A stretch of 40,716 nt of DNA from a virus (Duplodnaviria; Caudoviricetes): positions 1 through 40,716 of IMG/VR virus record IMGVR_UViG_3300037692_000441. One strand, written 5' to 3'. The notes beneath the pieces were generated by a model. It was not told the origin of the DNA. It ran no database searches and saw only the letters and a program-made list of their open reading frames with translations. Positions 33,856 through 40,716 of the stretch are shown piece by piece; position 1 is the stretch's first letter; each line of letters starts with the position of its first letter. The position numbers and the translations under genes were made by a program.

Positions 33856-35559
33856 CTACATCATCCCCGCGGCTGCCGGGAGCGCCGCCTGCTCTTCCCC
33901 GCCTTCGGCCGTAGCCTTGAGGTACGGGGCCTTGTCCTTCATCTCCTGCGCCGCCGCCAGCCGCTCGTCGATCGCCTGCTGGCGCGCCGCTGCTTCCGCG
34001 CGGCCTTTGCGGATCTGCTCGACCTCGTCCTTGCTGCGCATGACCTTCGACGGAACGCCGGACGTGTCCGCGGTGACCCACCCCATCTCGTCGAAGTTCG
34101 CGACGTCGAGCACGGTCGGATCCTGCATCTTCACCGCCGCGTCGATCCACAGGGACGCCCACCGCTCGATCGCCATGGAGTCTCCGGAGCGCTGCGCCCG
34201 GGCGAGGGGCCCCTGGTACTCGATATCGATCTGCCCGCCGCCCTCCTGGATGGCGCGCACGACCTCCGGCGGGGGCTTCGGAAGCATCCCCGCACGGAAC
34301 CGGATGCCGAAGATCCGCTTGATGAGCGGGTTGAAGAGCTCGTCCTCGAGGCGTCCCACCGTGGGACCCAGCGCACGCTGGTTCCGCTCGTCCCGGATGG
34401 TGACCTCGCGCGCCGTCATCTGCGGGCCGGAATCGGGAAGGGTGAACAGGTCGTAGTAATAGACCCGGTAGATCTTCTGCTCGAGACGGTCCTCGAGCAG
34501 CTCCGGCACCTTGAAGTCCGAGCCCATGAGCAGCGGCCTGATCGGCGGATTAAAGTGCGCGCCCCCGCCGGGAAGCGCGGTCCGGACCACGTTGATCGCC
34601 GCCGGTGTCAGGCGCACCTTCCCGATCACTCCCTGCTCAGGAACGATCAGAGGCGGCCGCATCGAGAGCGGCGCCGCCATCAGCTTCTCCTCGACCACCT
34701 TGTTCAGCGTCTTGATGTCGGGGAGCGCCGTGTCGGTAGGACCCCGTCCGTACGTCTCGCCGGCGGCCTTGCGCCACCGGGTGGTCGGGATAGGCCACTC
34801 CTGGTATCCGCTCTCCTCGAGCAGCTGCAGGGATTCGAGCTCGAAGTAGTAACAGGCGTACGGCATGTCGATCGCCAGTTGCCCACGGCCCTGTCGCCCG
34901 CCCTCCCGCGGCTCCACCACGTGCAGCACGTCGAACTTCTTGTCCTTCTCCGAGCTTTCCGCCACGCGCCGGACCTCGGCGGAGACCTTGCCCTTCCTCC
35001 ACCGATCGACAATCTGCGCGGCGGACATGGAGAGCTTCCGGTAGATCGTGTTCACCCTCCGCATGTGGTCCTCGGCGGCGCAGTAGTCGCCCACGTTGAC
35101 CGCGGTGAACCGCAAAGCGCCCGGGGAGCTCCCCGCATCCGCCAGGAGGGACGCGGTGGCGAACGCCCCCAGGTCGAGATAGTTCTCGTGGATCTCGGAA
35201 TAGAAGTTCGAGTCCGCAAGCGCGTAGTAGAGGTCCTCGGTGCACTCGTCGGCCCACTCCGCGGCCACCTTCAGGTCGTTGAGCCGGGGGTTGCGGAACT
35301 TGATCGTGAACCAGCGCATCGTGCGGTTCGTCAAGGCTCCCGCCATCGTGGAAGCCAGGATCTCGTTGGCGTGGATGGCGGTGCCGTCGAAGAGCTTCTG
35401 CGTCATCTTCTGGTACGGGGCGTACCGCCCGGCGAGGTTCGCCTTCCCGGGCATGGCATAGTCGGCGTGCTCCATCCAGCGGGAGAGCGCCGGCCACCGC
35501 TCGGTCTCGAGGTAGGCGTGCCGGTCTTTCCGCTTGACGAGTCCCGCGTGGTCGATCAT
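33856..35559 (-). CDS. Portal (head-tail connector) protein
   Basis: FDGTAI.A...LAS, SNFY, RW....GETYGRGP...ALPDIK.LN, MTAREV and IEYQGPLA.AQ motifs. Confidence 0.92.
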   Translation of the reverse strand: MIDHAGLVKRKDRHAYLETERWPALSRWMEHADYAMPGKANLAGRYAPYQKMTQKLFDGTAIHANEILASTMAGALTNRTMRWFTIKFRNPRLNDLKVAAEWADECTEDLYYALADSNFYSEIHENYLDLGAFATASLLADAGSSPGALRFTAVNVGDYCAAEDHMRRVNTIYRKLSMSAAQIVDRWRKGKVSAEVRRVAESSEKDKKFDVLHVVEPREGGRQGRGQLAIDMPYACYYFELESLQLLEESGYQEWPIPTTRWRKAAGETYGRGPTDTALPDIKTLNKVVEEKLMAAPLSMRPPLIVPEQGVIGKVRLTPAAINVVRTALPGGGAHFNPPIRPLLMGSDFKVPELLEDRLEQKIYRVYYYDLFTLPDSGPQMTAREVTIRDERNQRALGPTVGRLEDELFNPLIKRIFGIRFRAGMLPKPPPEVVRAIQEGGGQIDIEYQGPLARAQRSGDSMAIERWASLWIDAAVKMQDPTVLDVANFDEMGWVTADTSGVPSKVMRSKDEVEQIRKGRAEAAARQQAIDERLAAAQEMKDKAPYLKATAEGGEEQAALPAAAGMM

Positions 35560-35563
35560 CGGC

Positions 35564-35863
35564 TCAGTCCCCCAGCAGCGTCTTGCCGGAATCGGCAAAT
35601 CCGCCGCCGAGCGTGCTCGGGCCGCCGCCGATGATCGTGGAGGAGAACCCCTTTCGGCGTCTCGCTTTGGTCCGCTGCGCGCCCATCGCCGCCTGCTCCT
35701 CGTACTCCGCCTGGCGGATCTTCGCATCCGCTGCGGCCACTCCGGCGGCGGTTGCCTCCTGCTCCTTCTTCTTCTCCCTCGTGGTCTTCTCGCCGGCCAG
35801 CGGCTTGTAGATCGACTCCCCGACGTCGGAAATAAAACTCAGCGCACTCGATAACCAGCCCAT
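35564..35863 (-). CDS. Small virion-associated protein upstream of the portal
   Basis: RRKGFSSTI...KTLLG C-terminus, typical of the pre-portal gene in such podoviruses. Confidence 0.65.
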   Translation of the reverse strand: MGWLSSALSFISDVGESIYKPLAGEKTTREKKKEQEATAAGVAAADAKIRQAEYEEQAAMGAQRTKARRRKGFSSTIIGGGPSTLGGGFADSGKTLLGD

Positions 35864-35873
35864 CGCGTACCCC

Positions 35874-36800
35874 CTACGTCTCCGCGTCCTGCTGGAAGTC
35901 CGCGGAACGTGAGTGATTGAAGATGTCAAAATCGGTTTCAGCCCGGGTCTGCTGCTTGGCGGGTTTCCCCGTCGGCACGCCCGCGATCACCCGGGAGACG
36001 ACGTACTCGAGTGCGTTCATCAGGTGGCTGAACTCGTTCTTCGCCGGGTCGTCGTCGTACAGGCCCGACTGAGGCCGCTTCGTGCGCTGGTACCCGCCCT
36101 CGAACGCCTCGATCAGAAACCGCTCCCGGGGGTCGATCTGCAGGAACTGCCGCCCGTCGTCGGAGAGCCGCCCCAGCACCGCCTCCATCGCCTTGAAGCG
36201 GCCCGCCCACGTCACCTCGCCGAGCTGCACGTTCAGCCCGAACCCCTTCAAGTTCTCGTCCGGGTGATCCGGGGAGTTCTCGAGGATCCCCTTGCACGTC
36301 TTCTCGTCCGAATCTTTCCGGGCGTTCCCCGCGGGATCGATGTACTCCACCCATGAGAAGCCCGGGAAGAGCGGCGCGCAGTGCTCGAGCACCCGCGTAC
36401 CGAACCGCTTGATGCCCATGAACGAGTTGTTGGGCACGTAGAGACTCGGGAACACGTTCAGGTGCATCGGCGTCAGTTGGCAGATAGCAGCCGCCGGCGT
36501 CCCGCCGAAGTCCCACCCGCGCAACATCGGGATATCTTTCACGGGCGAAAGCGGCCCCGGCGCAACGTGCAGCTGCCGGCGATAAGTCAGGTAGACCGGC
36601 ATTCCGGAGCGGATCGAGAAGTCGATCTCCTGCTCCTTGCGCCAGTCGGAGGAGAGCTCACCACCCGGCACGCCCCGGAGCTTGGCCTCCTTCCACGCCC
36701 GCCCTTCCGCCGTCTCGGGATCCCGGCCCCGGAAGGCGCTGTAGTGCAGCTCGATCGACCGGATGCCGGAGGCGGTGTCCCACTTCTTGATGCCCCTCAC
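35874..36800 (-). CDS. terL: Terminase large subunit, C-terminal part (lid + RNase H-like nuclease)
   Basis: GTG overlaps the TGA of the upstream part; WRKEQEIDF...G.PVY, RGWDFG, IDPAG and SHLMNALEY motifs. Confidence 0.82.
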   Translation of the reverse strand: MRGIKKWDTASGIRSIELHYSAFRGRDPETAEGRAWKEAKLRGVPGGELSSDWRKEQEIDFSIRSGMPVYLTYRRQLHVAPGPLSPVKDIPMLRGWDFGGTPAAAICQLTPMHLNVFPSLYVPNNSFMGIKRFGTRVLEHCAPLFPGFSWVEYIDPAGNARKDSDEKTCKGILENSPDHPDENLKGFGLNVQLGEVTWAGRFKAMEAVLGRLSDDGRQFLQIDPRERFLIEAFEGGYQRTKRPQSGLYDDDPAKNEFSHLMNALEYVVSRVIAGVPTGKPAKQQTRAETDFDIFNHSRSADFQQDAET

Positions 36801-37522
36801 CCTACCGCCCCCATGGTGATCGGCGACTGGAACTCGCCCATGATGCCGAAGTCCGACGGCTCCGCGGAGGACACCGCCACGATCTTCCGCGCGCACTGCT
36901 TCGCGGCCCGGTAGGCGTTCTTGAACTCGGGCTGGAACGCCGCCTCATCGCCGAAGTAGAGGCTGACCGTGTTCGACCGGACGATGTCCCCGCCCTGGGG
37001 AACGCCCATAATCTTGCTGCCGTTGTGCCGGTAGACGATCTCCCCGAAAGCGTTGAGCCTGGGGACCTGCATCCAGAACGGCAGCCGGCCCTCGATGAAG
37101 TCGATGCGCCCGACGCCCGCCTCCTTGGCGTAGACCAGGTTAGCGGCGTCGTCCTCCTTCTTGCTCTGGATCATGCACAGCTGCGAGTCCCGGAACCGCG
37201 CCCACCAGCACAGGTACGCGCACATGAGCCACGTAACCGAAAGCTGCCGGCTCTTTGCGATGAACGTCACCGGGTGCTCGTGGATCTCCTCGAGGATCTC
37301 CACCAGTGCGGGCTCGTGCGGGAAGGGCTTGTAGGCCACCTTCTCGTCGTACTCATCCTTCGTCCACACCCACTGGAGGGGGTGCCAGATCCAGTAATAC
37401 GGGCTTTGCGCGGCCAGCGCTGCCTCGCAGGCTTGCAGCGTCGGGCTCTGATCGAGCTTGCGGGCGTATTCCGCCCACTCGCGCTCCGTGCGGCGCTCGA
37501 ACAGGGATTCGAGATCAACCAC
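36797..37522 (-). CDS. terL: Terminase large subunit, N-terminal ATPase part
   Basis: IAKSRQLSVTW Walker A-type motif, LYFGDEAAF Walker B, VSSA coupling motif; GTG start at 37522. Confidence 0.85.
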   Translation of the reverse strand: MVDLESLFERRTEREWAEYARKLDQSPTLQACEAALAAQSPYYWIWHPLQWVWTKDEYDEKVAYKPFPHEPALVEILEEIHEHPVTFIAKSRQLSVTWLMCAYLCWWARFRDSQLCMIQSKKEDDAANLVYAKEAGVGRIDFIEGRLPFWMQVPRLNAFGEIVYRHNGSKIMGVPQGGDIVRSNTVSLYFGDEAAFQPEFKNAYRAAKQCARKIVAVSSAEPSDFGIMGEFQSPITMGAVG

Positions 37523-37931
37523 CGGCTTGCTTGCCCTGCCTGGCGACGACCTCCGCGCGCATGATCTCGCGGATCTGCGCGGAGGTCTTACCGGAGAGGT
37601 CGACGTGGGCGATCGGGCCACCGCCGGGCCCGGAGTGCTCGACCCGGTTGTAGCCGTACCCGCGGTCCTTCGCGTTCGCGTTGAGCCATCCCATGGTCGC
37701 CGTAGAGTTCCCATTCCGGGACTGGGTTACCAGGAAGCCCTCGAAGAGGTCCTTGCACGACTCCTTGGCGTGCTGCACCGCCTGGGCGAACTCCGGGTCC
37801 TCTTTGATCCAGAGGTAGTACGTGTCCCTGCGGATCTTCACGGCCTTGCAGGCTGCCGTGACGTTATTGGCCTTCTTGACAAGCACGTCGAGGAAGACCT
37901 CTTTGTTGCGTGCCCTGTTGTGGTCGGTCAT
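37515..37931 (-). CDS. terS: Terminase small subunit
   Basis: NVTAACKAVKIRRDTYY.W...DPEF HTH; KDRGY..RVEHSGPGGGPI tail; directly upstream of TerL. Confidence 0.8.
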   Translation of the reverse strand: MTDHNRARNKEVFLDVLVKKANNVTAACKAVKIRRDTYYLWIKEDPEFAQAVQHAKESCKDLFEGFLVTQSRNGNSTATMGWLNANAKDRGYGYNRVEHSGPGGGPIAHVDLSGKTSAQIREIMRAEVVARQGKQAGG

Positions 37932-38068
37932 ACGATCCTCACCGCCCGCAGCTGAAAATAGTTCAGGCGCTCCTCGGAGAGAATCCGCGCCTTCTCCGTG
38001 GCGTTCGTGGCTGTAGCGACCTCAACCAGCTTCCCCGTGACCTTGTCAACGCCCACGATGCTCCACAT
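37928..38068 (-). CDS. Small hypothetical protein (46 aa), first late gene
   Basis: GAGG SD, ATG 38068, ATGA overlap with terS. Confidence 0.5.
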   Translation of the reverse strand: MWSIVGVDKVTGKLVEVATATNATEKARILSEERLNYFQLRAVRIV

Positions 38069-38139
38069 GACCTCGCGCTCCGGAAATGCAAAGGGCCAGC
38101 CGGCTCCGGATGGGAACCGCTGGCCCTTCGTGGAAATAC

Positions 38140-38169
38140 AAAAGCCCCAGGGGATTTCTCCCGCGGGGC
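38140..38169 (-). terminator. Intrinsic terminator in front of the late operon
   Basis: GCCCCGCGGGA-GAAA-TCCCCTGGGGC followed by TTTTGTATTT. Confidence 0.65.
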
Positions 38170-38244
38170 CTGGTGACAATTCTCAGTGTCTTGACAACTA
38201 CCCGGTTTTCCGGAAATCGTCAAGTATTATTTTCGCCACCCCGC

Positions 38245-38664
38245 TCAATCCTGACGCGGAAATCGGGAACATTGCCCGTGAAGATTCTGCGGACACGATT
38301 TTCGGGGGTGCAGGAGCAGCCCTCGGTGACACAGCTCCCGGACGAAATGATTGCTCGCTTTCCGCGCGCGCCGGCGCTCCCTGGGCGGGAAGTCGGCCAA
38401 GGATTGCCGCTCGATGAACAGGCGGGTCAGGTACCGGTACCGATCGTACCGGGTGAAGAGCAGATGCACCGTCTCTGGATCTCGATCGTCATCCGGCTCG
38501 GGGTGCGCGAAGCAGCGCGTCGGGCTGACGTAGATGTACCGCCACCGGTCGTACGACGCCGCTCCCTTTGGGGCGTGGTCGGGGAACGGCGCCGCCCTCG
38601 CTGCACGGCACCGCTCCCTCCACTGCACCATCGCCTGGACCGCAGAGCCCACGGATTGGTACAT
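38245..38664 (-). CDS. Basic protein, candidate late regulator/antiterminator by position
   Basis: Last gene before the late promoter/terminator region; no diagnostic motif. Confidence 0.5.
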   Translation of the reverse strand: MYQSVGSAVQAMVQWRERCRAARAAPFPDHAPKGAASYDRWRYIYVSPTRCFAHPEPDDDRDPETVHLLFTRYDRYRYLTRLFIERQSLADFPPRERRRARKASNHFVRELCHRGLLLHPRKSCPQNLHGQCSRFPRQD

Positions 38665-39233
38665 TACTCCGCGTGGAACTTCCAGCAGCGGATCTTGTCG
38701 CCGCACGGCACGTCAAGGATGGCCTGACGATCATCGGTCTCCAGGTCGATCGACACGACACCCTCGCGGATCCCGGCGATACGCAGCGCGATCGCGTCCC
38801 GCCACTTCTTCTCGCGGAAGCAGAAACTGACTCCAGCTCCGACGACGGAAACCCCGACGTCTTCCGGCTTGATGGTGCCTTGAACAATCTCCCGCAAAGT
38901 GTCCAGCGGACGGTACACTTTGAACGGTTCTTCGGTTTCACGTGGAACTTCTTCGATAGACTCTTCAGGGGGTGCAGCAGGCGCCTGACCTTCCGGCGCC
39001 ACACTCAACTCCGCCACGTCCCCGGGCTTGAGCTGCGCGATCTCCTGCTCCGTCAGCTCGCCGCCAGGCACTGCTTCGCCGGAAGCTACAGCCTCCGCGA
39101 GCTCGCCGAGGGACGGCAGCACCTCGTCGGGTTGAACCTCTCCCGCGTCCTCAGCGGCCGCCTGCAGATCCTCCGGAGGCGGCCCGCTGGTTCCTTCCTG
39201 CCCCGCCGCACCCGTGTTTTTCTTCTTCGACAT
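38664..39233 (-). CDS. Acidic low-complexity hypothetical protein
   Basis: GGAGG SD; TAATG coupling to the next gene. Confidence 0.6.
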   Translation of the reverse strand: MSKKKNTGAAGQEGTSGPPPEDLQAAAEDAGEVQPDEVLPSLGELAEAVASGEAVPGGELTEQEIAQLKPGDVAELSVAPEGQAPAAPPEESIEEVPRETEEPFKVYRPLDTLREIVQGTIKPEDVGVSVVGAGVSFCFREKKWRDAIALRIAGIREGVVSIDLETDDRQAILDVPCGDKIRCWKFHAE

Positions 39234-39375
39234 CGCCTCCTCCTTCGCTGGTTGTTGGAATCCTTCCTGCCCCGCCGCACCCGTGACATGCGGTCAACCT
39301 GTCCGCTTCCTCACCCGGCATCCGCCAGAGGAACACGCCCGTCCCCTCGCAGCGGATGCACTCGCGGTCAGGCAC
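39151..39375 (-). CDS. DnaJ-type zinc-finger small protein
   Basis: CIRCEGTG and CHGCGGAG motifs; GTG start at 39375. Confidence 0.55.
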   Translation of the reverse strand: MPDRECIRCEGTGVFLWRMPGEEADRLTACHGCGGAGRIPTTSEGGGDVEEEKHGCGGAGRNQRAASGGSAGGR

Positions 39376-39535
39376 GGCGCCACCGCCTGAACTCCGCCTT
39401 GAGCCCCCGGTACACCGCCCGCGTGCAGTGCGGATGCAGGCGGATCGGGCTGTGCCTCTCGTACCTACGCTCCGGCAGCCCTGCCGTCGCGCGCTCCGCC
39501 TCCCGCCGCAACCGCTTCGCGACACGTCCGTTCAT
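39368..39535 (-). CDS. Small basic conserved phage protein (MNGRVAKRLRR...TRAVYRGLK, 55 aa)
   Basis: Hand-translated; GAGGAG SD; below the ORF-track size cutoff. Confidence 0.6.
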   Translation of the reverse strand: MNGRVAKRLRREAERATAGLPERRYERHSPIRLHPHCTRAVYRGLKAEFRRWRRA

Positions 39536-39938
39536 GCGCTCTCCTCGCTCTGATTTCGTTCAACTCGGTCAGGAACTGCTGCACGCTTGTGGCCACGATC
39601 ATCTCGAGACCACAGGCGCGGTAGACCTTCGCCCACTCCACCTGGTCGGGCTCGAGGTCCTCGCCCGGCATCTTGCACTCGACCATCACCGCGCAGCCCG
39701 CGTCGGGAACGTAGACCGTGAGGTCCCACGTCCCCGCGGAGTGCAGCCGAAGCCACGTATCACGGCTTCCGCTCCGTGCTCCCTTCGCCATCCCCACGGG
39801 GTTCCGCTCACAGCGGAGGTGGAGCCGCCGACACACCTGCCGGATCGGCTCCATCACCTCCGAGGTCTCCCAGTTCTTCTGAACGCCAGATCCCTGACGT
39901 ACCTGCCGCGCCCAGGGGAGTTGTGTGAAGCGGGTCAC
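39465..39938 (-). CDS. VRR-NUC family nuclease / putative resolvase
   Basis: GTWDL...VECKMPG..L..DQ..W motif; GTGA overlap with the pentapeptide gene stop. Confidence 0.78.
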   Translation of the reverse strand: MTRFTQLPWARQVRQGSGVQKNWETSEVMEPIRQVCRRLHLRCERNPVGMAKGARSGSRDTWLRLHSAGTWDLTVYVPDAGCAVMVECKMPGEDLEPDQVEWAKVYRACGLEMIVATSVQQFLTELNEIRARRAHERTCREAVAAGGGARDGRAAGA

Positions 39939-40716
39939 CCCTGCGCCTCTGCCGGCGAACTCTCCGCGGCCACGGCCGGCGCCTTCGGCTCCAGCCCGAG
40001 GACCTCCCGGTACCTCGCCGCGTACTCCCCGAACTCCGCCGCCTCGAGGACCTCGAGCACGCGCAGGAAGGGCTGCCCGTGGCGCTCCTTGATCGCGTCC
40101 CAGCAGTAGCGGTGCACGGCGATCTGGCCGATCATCGCCCACTCGGCCTCCGTGAACGCCTCGATTTTCTGCTGGTAGATCAGCGCGAGGAAGAAGTCGT
40201 GGTTGTCGACGTAGGACTTCGCGCCGCCGAGGTCCGCGCCGCCGAGGTCCGCGCCGCGGAGGTACGCGCCGCCGAGGTACGCGCCGCCGAGGTACGCGCC
40301 GCCGAGGTCCGCGCCGCCGAGGTCCGCGCCGCGGAGGTACGCGCCGCCGAGGTACGCGCCGCCGAGGTACGCGCCGCCGAGGTCCGCGCCGCGGAGGTAC
40401 GCGCCGCCGAGGTCCGCGCCGCCGAGGTCCGCGCCGCCGAGGTACGCGCCGCCGAGGTACGCGCCGCCGAGGTACGCGCCGCCGAGGTCCGCGCCGCGGA
40501 GGTCCGCGCCGCCGAGGTCCGCGCCGCGGAGGTACGCGCCGCCGAGGTACGCGCCGCCGAGGTACGCGCCGCCGAGGTCCGCGCCGCCGAGGTCCGCGCC
40601 GCGGAGGTACGCGCCGCCGAGGTCCGCGCCGCGGAGGTACGCGCCGCCGAGGTACGCGCCGCCGAGGTACGCGCCGCCGAGGTACGCGCCGCCGAGGTCC
40701 GCGCCGCGGAGGTACG
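39935..40716 (-). CDS. Pentapeptide-repeat protein, 3' part
   Basis: Repeats run in frame into AKSYVDNHDFF...MIGQIAVHRYCW...AQG-stop. Confidence 0.9.
   Translation of the reverse strand, partial: YLRGADLGGAYLGGAYLGGAYLGGAYLRGADLGGAYLRGADLGGADLGGAYLGGAYLGGAYLRGADLGGADLRGADLGGAYLGGAYLGGAYLGGADLGGADLGGAYLRGADLGGAYLGGAYLGGAYLRGADLGGADLGGAYLGGAYLGGAYLRGADLGGADLGGAKSYVDNHDFFLALIYQQKIEAFTEAEWAMIGQIAVHRYCWDAIKERHGQPFLRVLEVLEAAEFGEYAARYREVLGLEPKAPAVAAESSPAEAQG
40220..40716. repeat. 15-bp tandem repeat array (33 units; the last 122 bp duplicate 1-122)
   Basis: Directly visible. Confidence 0.97.

Larger units (their letters stand above)
1..40716. mobile_element. Complete temperate podovirus-like phage genome (excised/circular form, opened in the pentapeptide-repeat gene)
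   Basis: 122-bp terminal identity (1-122 = 40595-40716). One ORF reads in frame across the junction. Integrase, intact attP, repressor switch, and head/short-tail/lysis modules are all present; no host genes seen. Confidence 0.93.

Noticed and set aside
21414-35863. Assignment to T7-like Autographiviridae
   Set aside because: The structural genes are T7/BPP-1-like, but no single-subunit RNA polymerase or DNA polymerase is present and control is lambdoid.
33856-37714. Long N-terminal extensions in the ORF track for portal (35727), TerL parts (36896, 37714) and similar genes
   Set aside because: The extensions overlap upstream genes and are low-complexity; internal starts with SD or stop-start coupling fit better.

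Overview
The window is an apparently complete, circularly permuted genome of a high-GC temperate podovirus-type phage. Bases 1-122 are identical to 40595-40716, giving a ~40,594-bp circle opened inside a pentapeptide-repeat gene. It has a lambdoid control and early region: cI/cro/cII-like switch with five operator-like sites, exonuclease + Sak4-like ATPase + SSB, a C5 DNA methyltransferase, xis-int, and an intact attP matching the 3' half of tRNA-Thr(CGT). Replication relies on a RepA/AAA_25-type helicase next to an iteron-rich origin. The minus-strand late operon is BPP-1/T7-like: TerS, TerL in two ORFs, portal, scaffold, capsid, tail tube A/B, three ejection proteins, fibre/spike genes and a lysis cassette. 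No RNA polymerase, DNA polymerase or reverse transcriptase was seen. The most unusual observations are: (1) several virion-type spike/fibre/tailspike proteins carry N-terminal Sec-type signal peptides, suggesting export and extracytoplasmic assembly or function; (2) the recombination exonuclease is a natural circular permutant cut between its catalytic motifs; (3) one bulged-stem RNA motif occurs four times in the scaffold and capsid leaders; (4) the methyltransferase has six tandem TRD-like repeats; (5) the terminase and the tail fibre are each split into two genes. All product calls come from reading motifs by eye; no database searches were run.
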